Notes: generated by a model from the sequence alone, not told the origin. A stretch of 63,680 nt of DNA, filler included, from Chiloscyllium plagiosum (GCF_004010195.1; 4 parts of one record of this genome joined end to end with filler, not necessarily neighbours in it); one strand, 5' to 3'. Counted from the first letter of the whole stretch, positions 51,461 to 62,999 are shown. Numbers and translations are program-made.

Positions 51461-52410
51461 AAAAAAAAAAAAAAAAAAAATAAATAAATTCCCCCCTGCT
51501 TCTCTGGGGAAGAGGTGCTGGCCCTTGGTGGGGAGAGACATTCCAGCAGTGCGCTGGTGGCACTGCCCCTCTCCGGGGGACGAGCCAATGGTGCCTCTCG
51601 ACTGTCCCACACTGCGGTCCGACCTACCCAAGCCTCCAGGGGCTACAGCAGGGCCTCCTGCTGCCTCAACTCCTCCGGCCCCTGGGGAGGTCTTTAATAA
51701 CCACACGGGCCGTGGTGCGGGTGACAACGGATGACCCTCTGCTGGGTCATTGAACGGCAGAGGGGAGGAAGGTGTTATCCTTGCTCCTCCCTCCCAGACT
51801 GTTTTTCCGGAGGCCCTGGCCCTGCGGGAGGACCTTTTCCCCGAGGAGCCTGGTGTCGGGAGAGGAGCGGGGCCCCGAGCCTCTGCCGCTCGATGACCCG
51901 AAGTCGGGGCATTCTGGGAGGGGGTGTGCTGAGGAAGGTACTGCCGGTGACCCTGGGGGTGGGGTCACCGGGGGTTTGAGGCCAGTTGGCAGTGCCAGAC
52001 CAGCTCCCATCCTCTCGGTGGGGGAGGGGTCGGTGACCAAGGGCGACCTCCCGGAGGAGGGTTCGGGATTGGTGGCGGACACCGGGGCCGACGCAGACTC
52101 TGTCTGCAGTGACATTTTCACGTCCCAGGTGCCCCCCACCCATCTGGGAGTTTGCCGAGGAAACTCGGAGTTGCCAGGATAGAGCCCAACTAGCGCTCGA
52201 CCGCTGGAGCTCCTTTGAAAGAGTCTACTGGTCGGCCCACGCTGCCCGCCAGGCGCCTGGGCTCGATGTGAACGAGCGAAAACGAGTCAGGAACTTCCTG
52301 GGGACACTCCTGGCGAGGGCGAGGGACTTCTGTGCCCCTCCCTCGTCCTCCCAGTAAATGTATATATCGGTTTTTAACTGTACTGGTGGTGGTTGCACAA
52401 CGCTTCTGAC

Positions 52411-55400
52411 GTGGAGACAACTATAGCCAGCCTCAACATCAACGGCAGCAGGGAGTCACAGCGCAGATTCCAGATCCTCCCGGTCCTTCGGGACGGGAGG
52501 TACGCGGTGTGCTTCCTGCAAGAAACCCAAACTACCCCGGGAGACGAAGCCATCTGGCTCCTGGAGTGGCGAGGGGTGTCTACATGAGTCACCTCACCCG
52601 CAGATCTGGCGGGGTGGCTATCCTGTTGGCCGGAGATCTTGGGGGTCAGGGAGCCCGTGCCAGGCCGTTTGCTTCACCTGACGGTTCGGCTGGGGGGCGC
52701 GGTGCTTCACTTGGTGAACATCCACGCTCCCCTGGCCGGGCCGAGGCAAGTGAGCTTCTTTGGAGAAGTGTCCGCTCATCTCGCCTCCATCGACGAGAAC
52801 CTCGGGGGTGATTTTTAACTGCGTCCTCGAGGGCAGGGACCACGGTGGTGCCTGCACGGGTTGGGCGTCGGGGAGAAGGTTGGGGGACTTGGTCAAGTCC
52901 TTCGACCTGGTGGACGTCTGGCGGAATCTCCAACCCGACTCCATCGCCTTCACCTTCGTGAGGCCTGGGGTCGGAGCGTCCAGAATCAACTGCCTGTACG
53001 TTTCGCGGGCGTATGCCTCCTGTTTTCTGAGGGCATCCACGCAGCAGATGTCGTGCACGGACCATCACCTGGTGTGGGCAGAACTCCTTCCGTTCGGCGC
53101 CAGGCTCGGCTCCGCGTGCTGGCACTTTAAAAACCTGCTGCTGGAGGATGAGCGGTTCTGGGACTCGTTTCATAATTTCTGGGCCGGCTGGAGAAGGAAG
53201 CAGGGAAGCTTCCTCTCCCTGAGGCTATGGTGGGACGTGGGCAAGGCTCACGTCCGCATCTTCTGTCGGGAGTACGCGAGGGGGTCGACGAAGAGGCGGA
53301 AATCCAGGATCGGGGAGTTGGAGAGGGAGATGCTCGACCTGGAGTCACGCCTCGGTCAGCCCGACATGGACCCGGCCCTGTGCGGGGCGTATGAAGAGAA
53401 GAAGGCCATGCTCCGGGACCTGCAGCTCGTCGGGGCTCGGGCGCGTACGTGAGGTCGCAGATCCAGCTCCTCCAGGACCTGGACCGCGGCTCCCCCTTCT
53501 TCTACTCGCTGGAAAAAAGGCGTGGCACCCATCAGCAGCTCCTTGTGCTGCTGACCGACAACGGGTCCCTCATCTCTGATCCGGAGGGGATCAGGGCCCA
53601 CTTCCGAAACGATTACATGGCTCTGTTATCTCTGGATTTGTCCAGCGAGGATGCTCGCAGAGTTCTGTGTGAGGACCTGCCGCAGCTCGGCCCGGAGGAC
53701 GCCTGAAGGCTCGATGCTCCCGTCACTTTAGAGGAGCTGACCGGCGCCCTCGACCGGCTCTTGAGGGGCAAAACCCCGGGGCTGGACGGGCTGACTGTGG
53801 AGTTCTTCAGGGTGTTCTGGGACGTCCTGGGGAGCGACTACGCACAGGTCCTGGGGGAGTGTCTAAATGCCGAAGAGCTGCCCCTTTCCTGGTGCAGGAT
53901 GGTCATCATCCTGCTGGCAAAGAAGGGGGACCTTCGTTCTTTGAAGAACTGGCGTCCGGTCTCCCTCCTCAGCACGGACTACAAAGTCTTCACCAGGGTG
54001 TTGTCTTCTCGCCTGGCCTCCGTGCCGGCCCACATGATTCACCCGGACCAGTCCTACACGGTCCCGGGCCGGAGGATACACGACAACGTCTACTTGGTCC
54101 GGGACCTGATCCACTTCTGTCGACGGGCTGGTCTGCCGAGCGCCTTCCTGTCTCTCGACCAGGAGAAGGCGTTCGACAGGGTCGATCATGAGTACCTGCT
54201 CGGGACTCTGCGGGCATTCGGGTTCGGGACGCAGTTCGTTGTACGGATCCGACTTTTGTACGCCGCCGCAGAGTGTCTGGTTAAAGTTAACGGGTCCCTG
54301 ACTGCGCCCCTTCGCTTTGGGAGAGGAGTGCGTCAAGGCTGCTCCCTATCCGGCCAGCTGTATTCCCTGTGCGTGGAGCCTTTCCTGCGCCTCTTGTGGA
54401 GGAGGTTGTCGGGGCTGATTCTGCGCGGCGTGGGCACGGGGATGGTCCTCTCGGCCTACACCGACGACATGCTCCTCGCTTTCACCGACCCGGCTGATGT
54501 GGGGAGGATGCGCGAGTGCCAGGCCATGTACTTGGCAGCATCTTCCGCCAGGATCAATTGGGCCAAATGTTCCGGACTACTGGTCGGTCCGTGGCGGGTG
54601 GACTCTCTGCCGGAGGAGTTACAGGGGTTCAGCTGGAGTACCACCCATCTCCTCTACCTGGGGGTCTACCTTAGCCTGGCTGAGGAATCCTGGCCGGCCA
54701 ACTGGCAGGAGCTGGAGGCCAAAGTCTCGGCTCACCTAGGCCGCTGGACAGGACTGCTCCGAGTGCTACCTTACAGGAGTCGAGTGCTAGTCATAAACCA
54801 GCTGGTGGCCGCCATGCTGTGGTACCAGCTGGTCACTTTGGTCCCTCCTCCTCCTGGCTTTGTCGCTGACATCCAGAGAACGTTGGTCGACTTCGTTTGG
54901 GACAAAAAGATGCACTGGGTCGCTGCGCAGGTTCGGAGTCTCCCGATTGAGGAGGGCGGTCAGTCGCTGGTGTGCATCCGCAACCAGGTCGCGACGTTCC
55001 ACCTTCAGACCTTGCGGCGATACCTTTTACATCGAGCCTCCTCCTAGGTGGTGCGCCCTGGTGCCATAATTTTTCTGCCAGGTGTGTAGCCTCAACTACG
55101 ACACGCAGCTCCTGTTCATGAACTGTGACNNNNNNNNNNNNNNNNNNNNNNNNNNNNNNNNNNNNNNNNNNNNNNNNNNNNNNNNNNNNNNNNNNNNNNN
55201 NNNNNNNNNNNNNNNNNNNNNNNNNNNNNNNNNNNNNNNNNNNNNNNNNNNNNNNNNNNNNNNNNNNNNNNNNNNNNNNNNNNNNNNNNNNNNNNNNNNN
55301 NNNNNNNNNNNNNNNNNNNNNNNNNNNNNNNNNNNNNNNNNNNNNNNNNNNNNNNNNNNNNNNNNNNNNNNNNNNNNNNNNNNNNNNNNNNNNNNNNNNN

Positions 55401-56095
55401 NNNNNNNNNNNNNNNNNNNNNNNNNNNNNNNNNNNNNNNNNNNNNNNNNNNNNNNNNNNNNNNNNNNNNNNNNNNNNNNNNNNNNNNNNNNNNNNNNNNN
55501 NNNNNNNNNNNNNNNNNNNNNNNNNNNNNNNNNNNNNNNNNNNNNNNNNNNNNNNNNNNNNNNNNNNNNNNNNNNNNNNNNNNNNNNNNNNNNNNNNNNN
55601 NNNNNNNNNNNNNNNNNNNNNNNNNNNNNNNNNNNNNNNNNNNNNNNNNNNNNNNNNNNNNNNNNNNNNNNNNNNNNNNNNNNNNNNNNNNNNNNNNNNN
55701 NNNNNNNNNNNNNNNNNNNNNNNNNNNNNNNNNNNNNNNNNNNNNNNNNNNNNNNNNNNNNNNNNNNNNNNNNNNNNNNNNNNNNNNNNNNNNNNNNNNN
55801 NACGCTCCTGATCTTTGGGCACCTGGTACGGAGGAGGGAGGGCAGGTCTGAAGATCTCCTCGTGGGTCTGCTCCTGGGCCTGGCCAAACTGGCCATCAAC
55901 AGGTCCAGGCAGCGGGCCATGGAGGGGGTCGTTAGGGCCGACTCCCTGCCCCTCTTCCGGGGTTACGTTAGAGCCCGGGTGCCCTTGGAGAAGGAGCACG
56001 TGGTGTCCACCAACACCCTGGAGTTGTTCAGGGAGAGGTGGGCACTGCAGGGAGTGGAGTGCATTATTTCCCCCTCCAACTCTATTTTGATTTAG
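52411..56095 (+). pseudogene. Tx1 ORF2p remnant (APE and RT)
   Basis: TTIASLNINGSR...CFLQET, TDHHLV (APE); GKTPGLDGLTVEFF, KNWRPVSLLSTDYK, SLDQEKAFDRVDH, GVRQGCSLSGQLY, AYTDD, YLGVYL (428-aa open RT, 53761-55047); few stops and frameshifts; gap at 55130-55801. Confidence 0.9.
55130..55801. other. Assembly gap (N run)
   Basis: Run of N. Confidence 1.
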
Positions 56096-56561
56096 TCCCT
56101 ACCCTCCCCTTCACTGTTTTGATCACACAGCATTGCCCTTTGATGTGAAGGGCAGTCCTTGTCACTGGCCACCCGGGTGTTTTCCTATCTTCCTGGTGGT
56201 GGAAATTGAATAAAGATTTGTGCACTTTGTGTCTTTCACTGCGTCTCACACCTGCACACACGCACCATGGGTGCTGGGGGGAAAAAAATAAGCACTACCG
56301 CAGTTAGGCGGTAGTGTGGGGGTTAATATAAAAAGAAAAAAAATAAACAGGAAAAGAAAAAATATAAACTGGACTGTTGATCATACAGCATTGCCTTTTT
56401 AAAAAAACCAGATGGTTAAGGGCACTGGCACTGGCCACTTGGGTGTTTCCTTTCTTCATGGTAGTGGAAATTTGAATGAAGATTCGTGCACCTTGTGTCT
56501 TTCACTGTGTCTCACACCTGCGTGCGCACACACACAAAAAAAAATATATAACCAGGTGGTT

Positions 56562-56954
56562 ACCAGGGCGGGCTGTCCCAGAAGTGGTCGAAAGGTGTGT
56601 CAGGGCGGACCGAGAACTGGAAGGGGCATGGGGTGGATCGAGAGCCGGAAGGTGCGTAGGGGCGGGCTGCCTTAGAGTGGCTGGAAGGTGGGAGGGATGG
56701 GGGCTTGCTGGGTCTGTATTGTCTGCACTCTTTTTATGTATCTGGATTAGTTTTTTATGTACAAATGTCATTGTCGCTGTCTTTTATATGTGAAACTGAG
56801 ATTTGAGGTTTGTCCTCCTCTCTGTAAACTGGTTGAACGGTAGGGTTTGGGGTCTGGCTTTGCTGCTCCTCTCTCTTGTAAAATTGCTGTTGTATACAGC
56901 TGTAAATATTAACTGTTTTTTGTAAACTGTTTTGTAATTTGTTTAATTAAATAT
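56562..56954 (+). mobile_element. Second insertion (probable 5'-truncated LINE 3' end) with 15-bp flanking duplication
   Basis: TATAACCAGGTGGTT at 56547-56561 and 56955-56969; GC-rich start, then a T-rich 3'UTR-like region ending ATTAAA. Confidence 0.6.
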
Positions 56955-57079
56955 TATAACCAGGTGGTTCAGAACCTCCTCATGTCAGGGGACTGACTGA
57001 GTTAGCTCGCCACAGCCAATGTATTGTTCACATGTAAATAAAAAGGTGATTTGTTTCTGGCCTCTGTGCAGTTATTTCA
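56955..57079 (+). mobile_element. 3' half of an LTR-like repeat
   Basis: TATAA start, AATAAA about 80 nt downstream, ends GTTATTTCA; the 5' half is not visible. Confidence 0.35.
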
Positions 57080-57358
57080 GGAGCTTACTACCTGAAAGGA
57101 TGGTAAAGGCAGGAACTCACAGATATTTACATCTGTTTGGATGTACCCTTGAAATGCCATAACATGCAATAGCTATAGGCTAAGTGCTGTAAAGACTCAA
57201 TGATTCTAGCTAATTTACCAGCACTCAATCATGTAAATTCTGAATCCCATGATTTGCTTTTAATATACTCTTTTGCTCCCATTTTAATCTTTGTGTGTAG
57301 ATAGAAATTAAAGTAAGTACAAATCAGATGCCTTTTTTTCTATTTTTGCTTTGAACAG

Positions 57359-57457
57359 GAGTTAGAGCCTCAGCTACAACAAACAATGTACACACTGATA
57401 TTTGCTGTTATTTTCATTCTGATGTTATTCTTGTGCCTTATATCAATCCAGACATAA
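57359..57457 (+). CDS. Candidate terminal exon or small ORF encoding one transmembrane helix
   Basis: Polypyrimidine tract plus CAG acceptor, then ELEPQLQQTMYTLIFAVIFILMLFLCLISIQT*, with AATAAA at 57535-57540; no homology recognised. Confidence 0.3.
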   Translation, partial: ELEPQLQQTMYTLIFAVIFILMLFLCLISIQT

Positions 57458-59659
57458 CAGTTCCTGAAAAATGTAATGTTTTCCATGTGAAACCACTTTC
57501 TTATCATAGTTGGCAGGCTGGCATTTTCAAGAGAAATAAAAATAGTATTTTATTACTTGTGATGTTCAGAGCTTGGCAAGCAGCAATCAAAGCTGAACCT
57601 CTCTGTCTGTTTATAAATAGAAATGACAGACTTAATATACAATGTAGCTGTGTGGTATTCCAGACTGTCCTGATGTACCACTTCGATCACCAAATTGTTC
57701 TCTGCTCCCATGAAAAACAACTTTTACCTCTCAAATTACCCTGGTTTGTCTTTATTCTGCAACTAAACTGTTCCAAAGAAACATTATCAAATAGGAGGTG
57801 CCAGCAAGTGACATCATTAGGACAGGAAATCAAAGAGTGCTAAGGAGTGTTCTAAAGGAAGTAAAACCTAGTCAGAACAGAAATGTTTAGCAAGAGAATG
57901 CCCTTTTCACCACCTGTAAGTAATACAGCAGTCCAAATGAGTAATTAGTTCATTGTTGATGACTGTTTATCTGCAATAACTCTCGGGATAACATTTAGAA
58001 TTATGTAACAATTCAAATTAAATTTCTTCTCCGTAAAATGCTTTGATCCCCGAGAATAAAATTCCTGAGCATTTGGTTGGTAAATCCCTATTGAGTCATA
58101 AGAGTGGCGTAGGTCCAAAACATGACAATGTTTGTATTTTTATTGCCCTCTGGTACATTGATATATTGGGAAACAAGATTGGGAGCATTACCTCAGTTTG
58201 TCTTCCTGCTTCCCTTGTCTCCTTACACCAACCTGAATGAGAGAATTACAGGCACAAGGATAACTCTCTCAGGGTCTTCTGTGTTCCAATCAAGTCACCT
58301 CTTTATATTATAAATTTTATGTTATAAACTCCAGCAGATACAAGTCTGGGCTGTCCAACCTCCCATCATGAGACCATCCATCTTCCAGGTATGAACCCGA
58401 TGCAACAAAATCAGAAATTGCTGATGAGGCTAAACAGGTTTGGCAACATCTGTGAGAAGAAAGCAGAGTTAATGTTTTGAGTGCAAGGACCCTTCATTTG
58501 AACTGTTAGATCTATAAAAATCTTGTATTTCTGATGAAGATGAAGAGATGTGGTTGGAAGGACGGAGCTGAACAGATTGAAGATAGAGCCCAGAGAAAGA
58601 GAGATATCGATGGGTATAGGCGAGCAGGGAGATTTGATTTGTTTTCTGTCATGTGTATCTTGTTAGAAAATACAGTGAAATGTGTTGTACAGTGTCAACA
58701 CTCTCCATCGTCATCTTAAAAGACAGAAAATTAAACCAAAACATAAAATATAAAGGCAGAAAAATTATGAAATCAAGAAAAAGTGTCTACCTTTACAATC
58801 CATCTTGCTAAGTGGACTTGATGGTCAAGCATGAGTCCCTTTGCCATGTCACCACCACTGGAGTGAAAGTTGCCACACTTTAGCTCCATCTTGCTTCCAC
58901 CGACGCCCTCACCACTATGAATCCTCACTGGACCTCACAAATGCAGATGCCACCGATGCTGCCAGGTAACACACTGGCCCAAACTCGACTCCACTGCCAC
59001 TTTGGGCCTACCTTGCCAACACAGCCACTGCTGATTCCACTAGGCCCAAACTCATCTCCGTCGCCACCTCCATGGATCTCCACTGGACACTGACTCTGTC
59101 GGTAACCCAAACCCACCTGTGCCACAGAAGCCGTGATTCAGTACTCAGACAGCCTCAACACTGCAGAAGCTGCTAGGAACCCAATCTTGCTTTTGACGCC
59201 ATTACTATGAGTCCGCACTGCTGGGCCTACTCACTGCTGCCGTGACCCAGCTCTTTACCAAAAGGTGTGTAAAACAAAATAAAAGAGAAAAACAAATGAG
59301 AGAAAAGAAAAATAAGGAAAGAAACGTGGATGAGCCCCAGGCTCAGAAATCCTACTCCGCTACCATCTTATCAAATGGCATGCCAAGTCAGAAGTAAAGT
59401 CAAATCAATGATAATAAAAGCTAGGGGTAGGGTGAACTCTACTGAGAGTGATACCTTGTGATATGTAATGAAAGACCTGGGAATAGGTGGGAATGGGTGA
59501 TTATATTAAAAGCATCCCATGTCATAACAGGACCAGGTGTATAAAAAAAATGGAAAGATGGAATCAAGCTCTGAAGTATTATGTCTGTCAGAACAGATAT
59601 GATGGAGATGGAGAAACTGAGAGAATGGAATCGAGTCCAGGCCATTCAGTATTCAGTAA

Positions 59660-60122
59660 GTTTCAATTAGATTCCTCCTCATCCTTCTAAACTCCATCAA
59701 GTATAGACCCAGAGTCACCAAACGTTCCTCATATGTTAAGCTTTTCATTCCTGGGACCAGTCTCATGAACTTCTCCTGAGATAGGGGGCTCAAAACTGCC
59801 TATAATACTTCAAATGTGGCCTGACCAGAACCTTATAGAGCCTCACAAGTACATCCCTGGTTTTATGTTCAAGTCCTCTCAAAATAAATGCCATCATTGC
59901 ATTTGCCTTCCTATGTGCTACTGACTCAACCTGCAAGTTTACCTTGAGAGAATCCTGGACTAGCACTCCAAAGTCTCTTTGCACTTCAGACTTCTGAATT
60001 TTCTCCCTATTTAGAAAATAGTCCATGCTTCAATACTTCTTTCCAACATGCATGACCTCACACTTTCCCACTTTGTACCCCATCTGCCATTTCTTTGCCC
60101 ACTCTCAGTCCAAGTCCTTTTG
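59660..60122 (-). mobile_element. CR1 RT fragment
   Basis: DYFLNREKIQKSEVQRDFGVLVQDSLKV...LVRPHLKY. Confidence 0.85.
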
Positions 60123-60124
60123 TT

Positions 60125-61135
60125 GGGCAGAAACAATGGGTTTGCATTGGGTCCATGTTTGTGAATTTTAGGGAGAAAGTAAAAGCGGACTGTAGATGGT
60201 TGGGGGGGGGGGGGGGAGGGTCTATGAGCTGTGAGGCTATCAGGGAGATCACCAGCTGAGATGCGGTTGGTGACAGTCGTGGTCTGATGCACACACAATG
60301 GCCTGATGATTGATGGTGGCGTCCGGGGGAGATAGGAGGAGATATCTGAGAGCTGGCACTCAGCCTCCACAATACAGAGGTCCAGACGCCAGACATCATC
60401 AACACCACCCTTGGTGGCAGGTATATGACAAAATCAGGGTTGGATCCGAGAGCGCGGAATGCAGTAAGTTCAGAGGGAGAAGGGTTGAATGATAATGGGA
60501 ATGGGATAGAGAAATTGGGCAAACAATTTAATGGTGACAGTTCTCGATGAACACGTCAAGTGCAGTTAAAATGCCAGAGGGAGAGGTCCAGGTGGAGGAA
60601 GAGTGTCATAGCTGGGTGAAGGGATCTATGGAACCAGGAAAGGACTCCAGTCCAAAGATATGGGCACACTGGGGAAGACGGCAGGCGAAGAGTTCAACAT
60701 CATGTCATGCTCGAAATTCATTACGGTGCGGGTGCAGAGGGATAAGACTCGGACCTTTGCTGAGTACAGAGCACTCAGCATCAGAGAGCGAAAGGTCAGT
60801 GGGAATAGCCAATACATGACAAGAGGTGGGGTACAGAGAAAAGATGGAGTTAGAGGGGAGGGGATGGGAGAGTGTTTTGGAGGGGTGTTCGTATCTCGCA
60901 GCTTGCATTCCTTAATGCCTGAAAGAAAAAGAAATTTTTTTTGTTAGAATGTCGAATGAACCACAGGATGAAGTAGAACTAGGGAGGTGGGAGTGTGCAG
61001 AGCAACTCTGAGCCAGTGTGAGGCAGTGTTGATGGAGGGAGAGGTCAAGAGAGTGTAAATGGTGATGCATGGCACTGACTGTGAACCTCAGAAAGGGGCA
61101 AGAGCAGTTTTCTGAGGAATGTTGTACATCGCAGA
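60125..61135 (-). mobile_element. PLE N-terminal/RT-start fragment
   Basis: IPTDLSLSDAECSVLSKG, NPSPSELTAFRALGSNPDFVI and RFYFLPKIHK are characteristic PLE pre-RT/RT motifs. Confidence 0.8.
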
Positions 61136-61148
61136 GATACATGTGATC

Positions 61149-61251
61149 CTGGAAGAGCACAGCAGTTCAGGCAGCATCCGAGGAGCTTTGAAATCGACGT
61201 TTCGACAAAAGCCCTTCATCAGGAATAAAGGCAGAGAGCCTGAAGGGTGGA
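61149..61251 (-). mobile_element. PLE 3' terminus with hammerhead core
   Basis: Minus strand ATTC CTGATGA A GGGC TTTT GTC GAAA CGTC GATT (61192-61226); same family as 27944-29312. Confidence 0.75.
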
Positions 61252-61351
61252 NNNNNNNNNNNNNNNNNNNNNNNNNNNNNNNNNNNNNNNNNNNNTTAAT
61301 TAATTAANNNNNNNNNNNNNNNNNNNNNNNNNNNNNNNNNNNNNNNNNNNN
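61252..61351. other. Artificial contig-join linker
   Basis: 44N-TTAATTAATTAA-44N. Confidence 0.95.
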
Positions 61352-61391
61352 GAACAGCACAGCAGGTCAGGCAGCATCTAGGGAACAGAAG

Positions 61392-61427
61392 ATTCGACGT
61401 TTCGGGCACATGCCCTTCTTCAGGAAT
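61392..61427 (-). ncRNA. Minimal type-I hammerhead ribozyme motif (family A)
   Basis: ATTC CTGAAGA A GGGC ATGT GCCC GAAA CGTC GAAT: all stems intact, predicted GUC cleavage site. Confidence 0.8.
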
Positions 61428-61694
61428 GAGCAGAGAGTGTTCAGCAGGAGAAGATAAAAGGTAGGGAGGAGGGACTTGGAGGAGGGGAGTTGGAAGTGGA
61501 GGAGATGCGGTGGAGGGCACCGTCGACCACGTCGCCTTCCTGACCTGCAGTCTTCTTGTTGACCTCTCCGCCTCCATCCTACTCCGACCTATCACCCTCA
61601 CCTTGACCTCTTTCCACCTATCACATTTCCAACGCCCCTCCTCCAAGTCCCTCCTCCCTACCTTTTATCTTCTCCTGCTGAACACTCTCTGCTC

Positions 61695-61730
61695 ATTCCT
61701 GAAGAAGGGCCTGTGCCCGAAACGTCGAAT
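61695..61730 (+). ncRNA. Minimal type-I hammerhead ribozyme motif (family A)
   Basis: ATTC CTGAAGA A GGGC CTGT GCCC GAAA CGTC GAAT; predicted cleavage after C61726. Confidence 0.8.
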
Positions 61731-61788
61731 CTCCTGTTCCCTGGATGCTGCCTGACCTGCTGTGCTGTTCCAGCAATAAAGTTTCAAC

Positions 61789-62185
61789 CTGTATAACCGC
61801 AACATGACCTCCCAACTCAATGCTCTGACCAATTAAGGAAAGCATATCAAACACCTTCTTAACTATCCTATCTACCTGCAACTCCACTTTCAAGGAGCTA
61901 TGAACCTGCACTCTCAGTCTTTTTGTGCAACAACACTCCCCAGGACCTTATCATTAGGTGTATAAGTCCTGCTCTGATTTGCCTTTCCAAAATGCAGCAC
62001 CTCACATTTATTTAAATTAAACTCCATCTGCCACTCTTCCGCCCAATAGCCCATCTGATCAAGATTCCATTGTACTATGAGGTAACCTTCTTCGCTGTCC
62101 ACTCCATCTCTAATTTTGGTGTTATTTGCAAACATACTAAGTAGACCTCTTATGTTCACATACAAATCATTTATATAAATTACAA
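61789..62185 (-). mobile_element. CR1 RT fragment
   Basis: IYINDL...FANNTKI...WAEEWQMEFNLNKCEVLHFGK. Confidence 0.85.
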
Positions 62186-62320
62186 AAAAAGTGTCATGAA
62201 AAATGTCATGAGTGAATAAAAGTAAGTTGTTTTGCATTAAATGTCCTCAAGGAGAATGATGACTTGAACAGTACGTTGGTCCCAAGCAGCTACATTGTAC
62301 TGAAGTTGAAGTCTGACTAA

Positions 62321-62601
62321 GTTAAAAATCACACAACACCAGGTTTAATTGGAAGCACACTAGCTTTCGGAGCGCCGCGCCTTCATCAGGTGGTTGTGGA
62401 GGACACAATTGTAAGACACAGAATTTATAGCAAAATTTGCTATAAATTTTGTGTCTTACAATTGTGTCCTCCACAACCACCTGATGAAGGAGCGGAGCTC
62501 CGAAAACTAGTGTGCTTCCAATTAAACCTGTTGGACTATAACCTGGTGTTGTGTGATTTTTAACTTTTTACACCCCAGCCCAACACCAGCATCTCCAAAT
62601 C
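62321..62601. mobile_element. 281-bp palindromic non-coding PLE insertion (family B) with 12-bp TSD
   Basis: Near-perfect palindrome centred near 62435; hammerhead cores at 62358-62392 (-) and 62478-62512 (+); TSD AAGTCTGACTAA (62309-62320) / AAGTCTGATTAA (62602-62613). Confidence 0.9.
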
Positions 62602-62999
62602 AAGTCTGATTAATGTTTGGTATTGTAGGTTTGAGCCAAAATCCGCATCATCTAAAATATTGGAGCAAGGCCCTGGACTTGTTAAAACTTTTAAAAGTAA
62701 AGGAGACAGCTGGGGTGAGCTTGCGAAAAATACACAAACACAGAGATAGCTACGTGGAACCATTGTTCAGCCTGGAATTCCAATTTACACTTCCACTCTA
62801 AGATAACAATCAACCGAACCTAACACTATAGACTGAAACTAGCATTTACAGGTTACCCAGTACAGACTGTATGGGATCTACACAGATACTGAATATTCAA
62901 CTTCTATAAAAATCCCTTTACACATATGCTTAACTATTAGGAAACCAATTGACTTCAGAAGGAAACACCAGAATACACAATGGACAACACAGATTTGAA

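Larger units (their letters stand above)
51490..56546 (+). mobile_element. Tx1-clade non-LTR retrotransposon (young, GC/CpG-rich, disabled)
   Basis: ORF1 3' part to 52357, then ORF2 with APE, RT and C-terminal remnants, a structured 3'UTR and an A-rich end. Confidence 0.88.
61352..61788. mobile_element. Non-coding fold-back PLE (family A)
   Basis: 61352-61497 is the reverse complement of about 61625-61770. Confidence 0.85.

Noticed and set aside
53761..55047. 428-aa RT ORF as a standalone gene, retron or group II intron
   Set aside because: It is the RT part of a Tx1 ORF2 with upstream APE remnants, a stop at 53704-53706 and frameshifts.
56547..56561. Similarity of TATAACCAGGTG to TATAACCTGGTG in the family B PLE terminus
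   Set aside because: Short match with unrelated flanks; probably coincidental.
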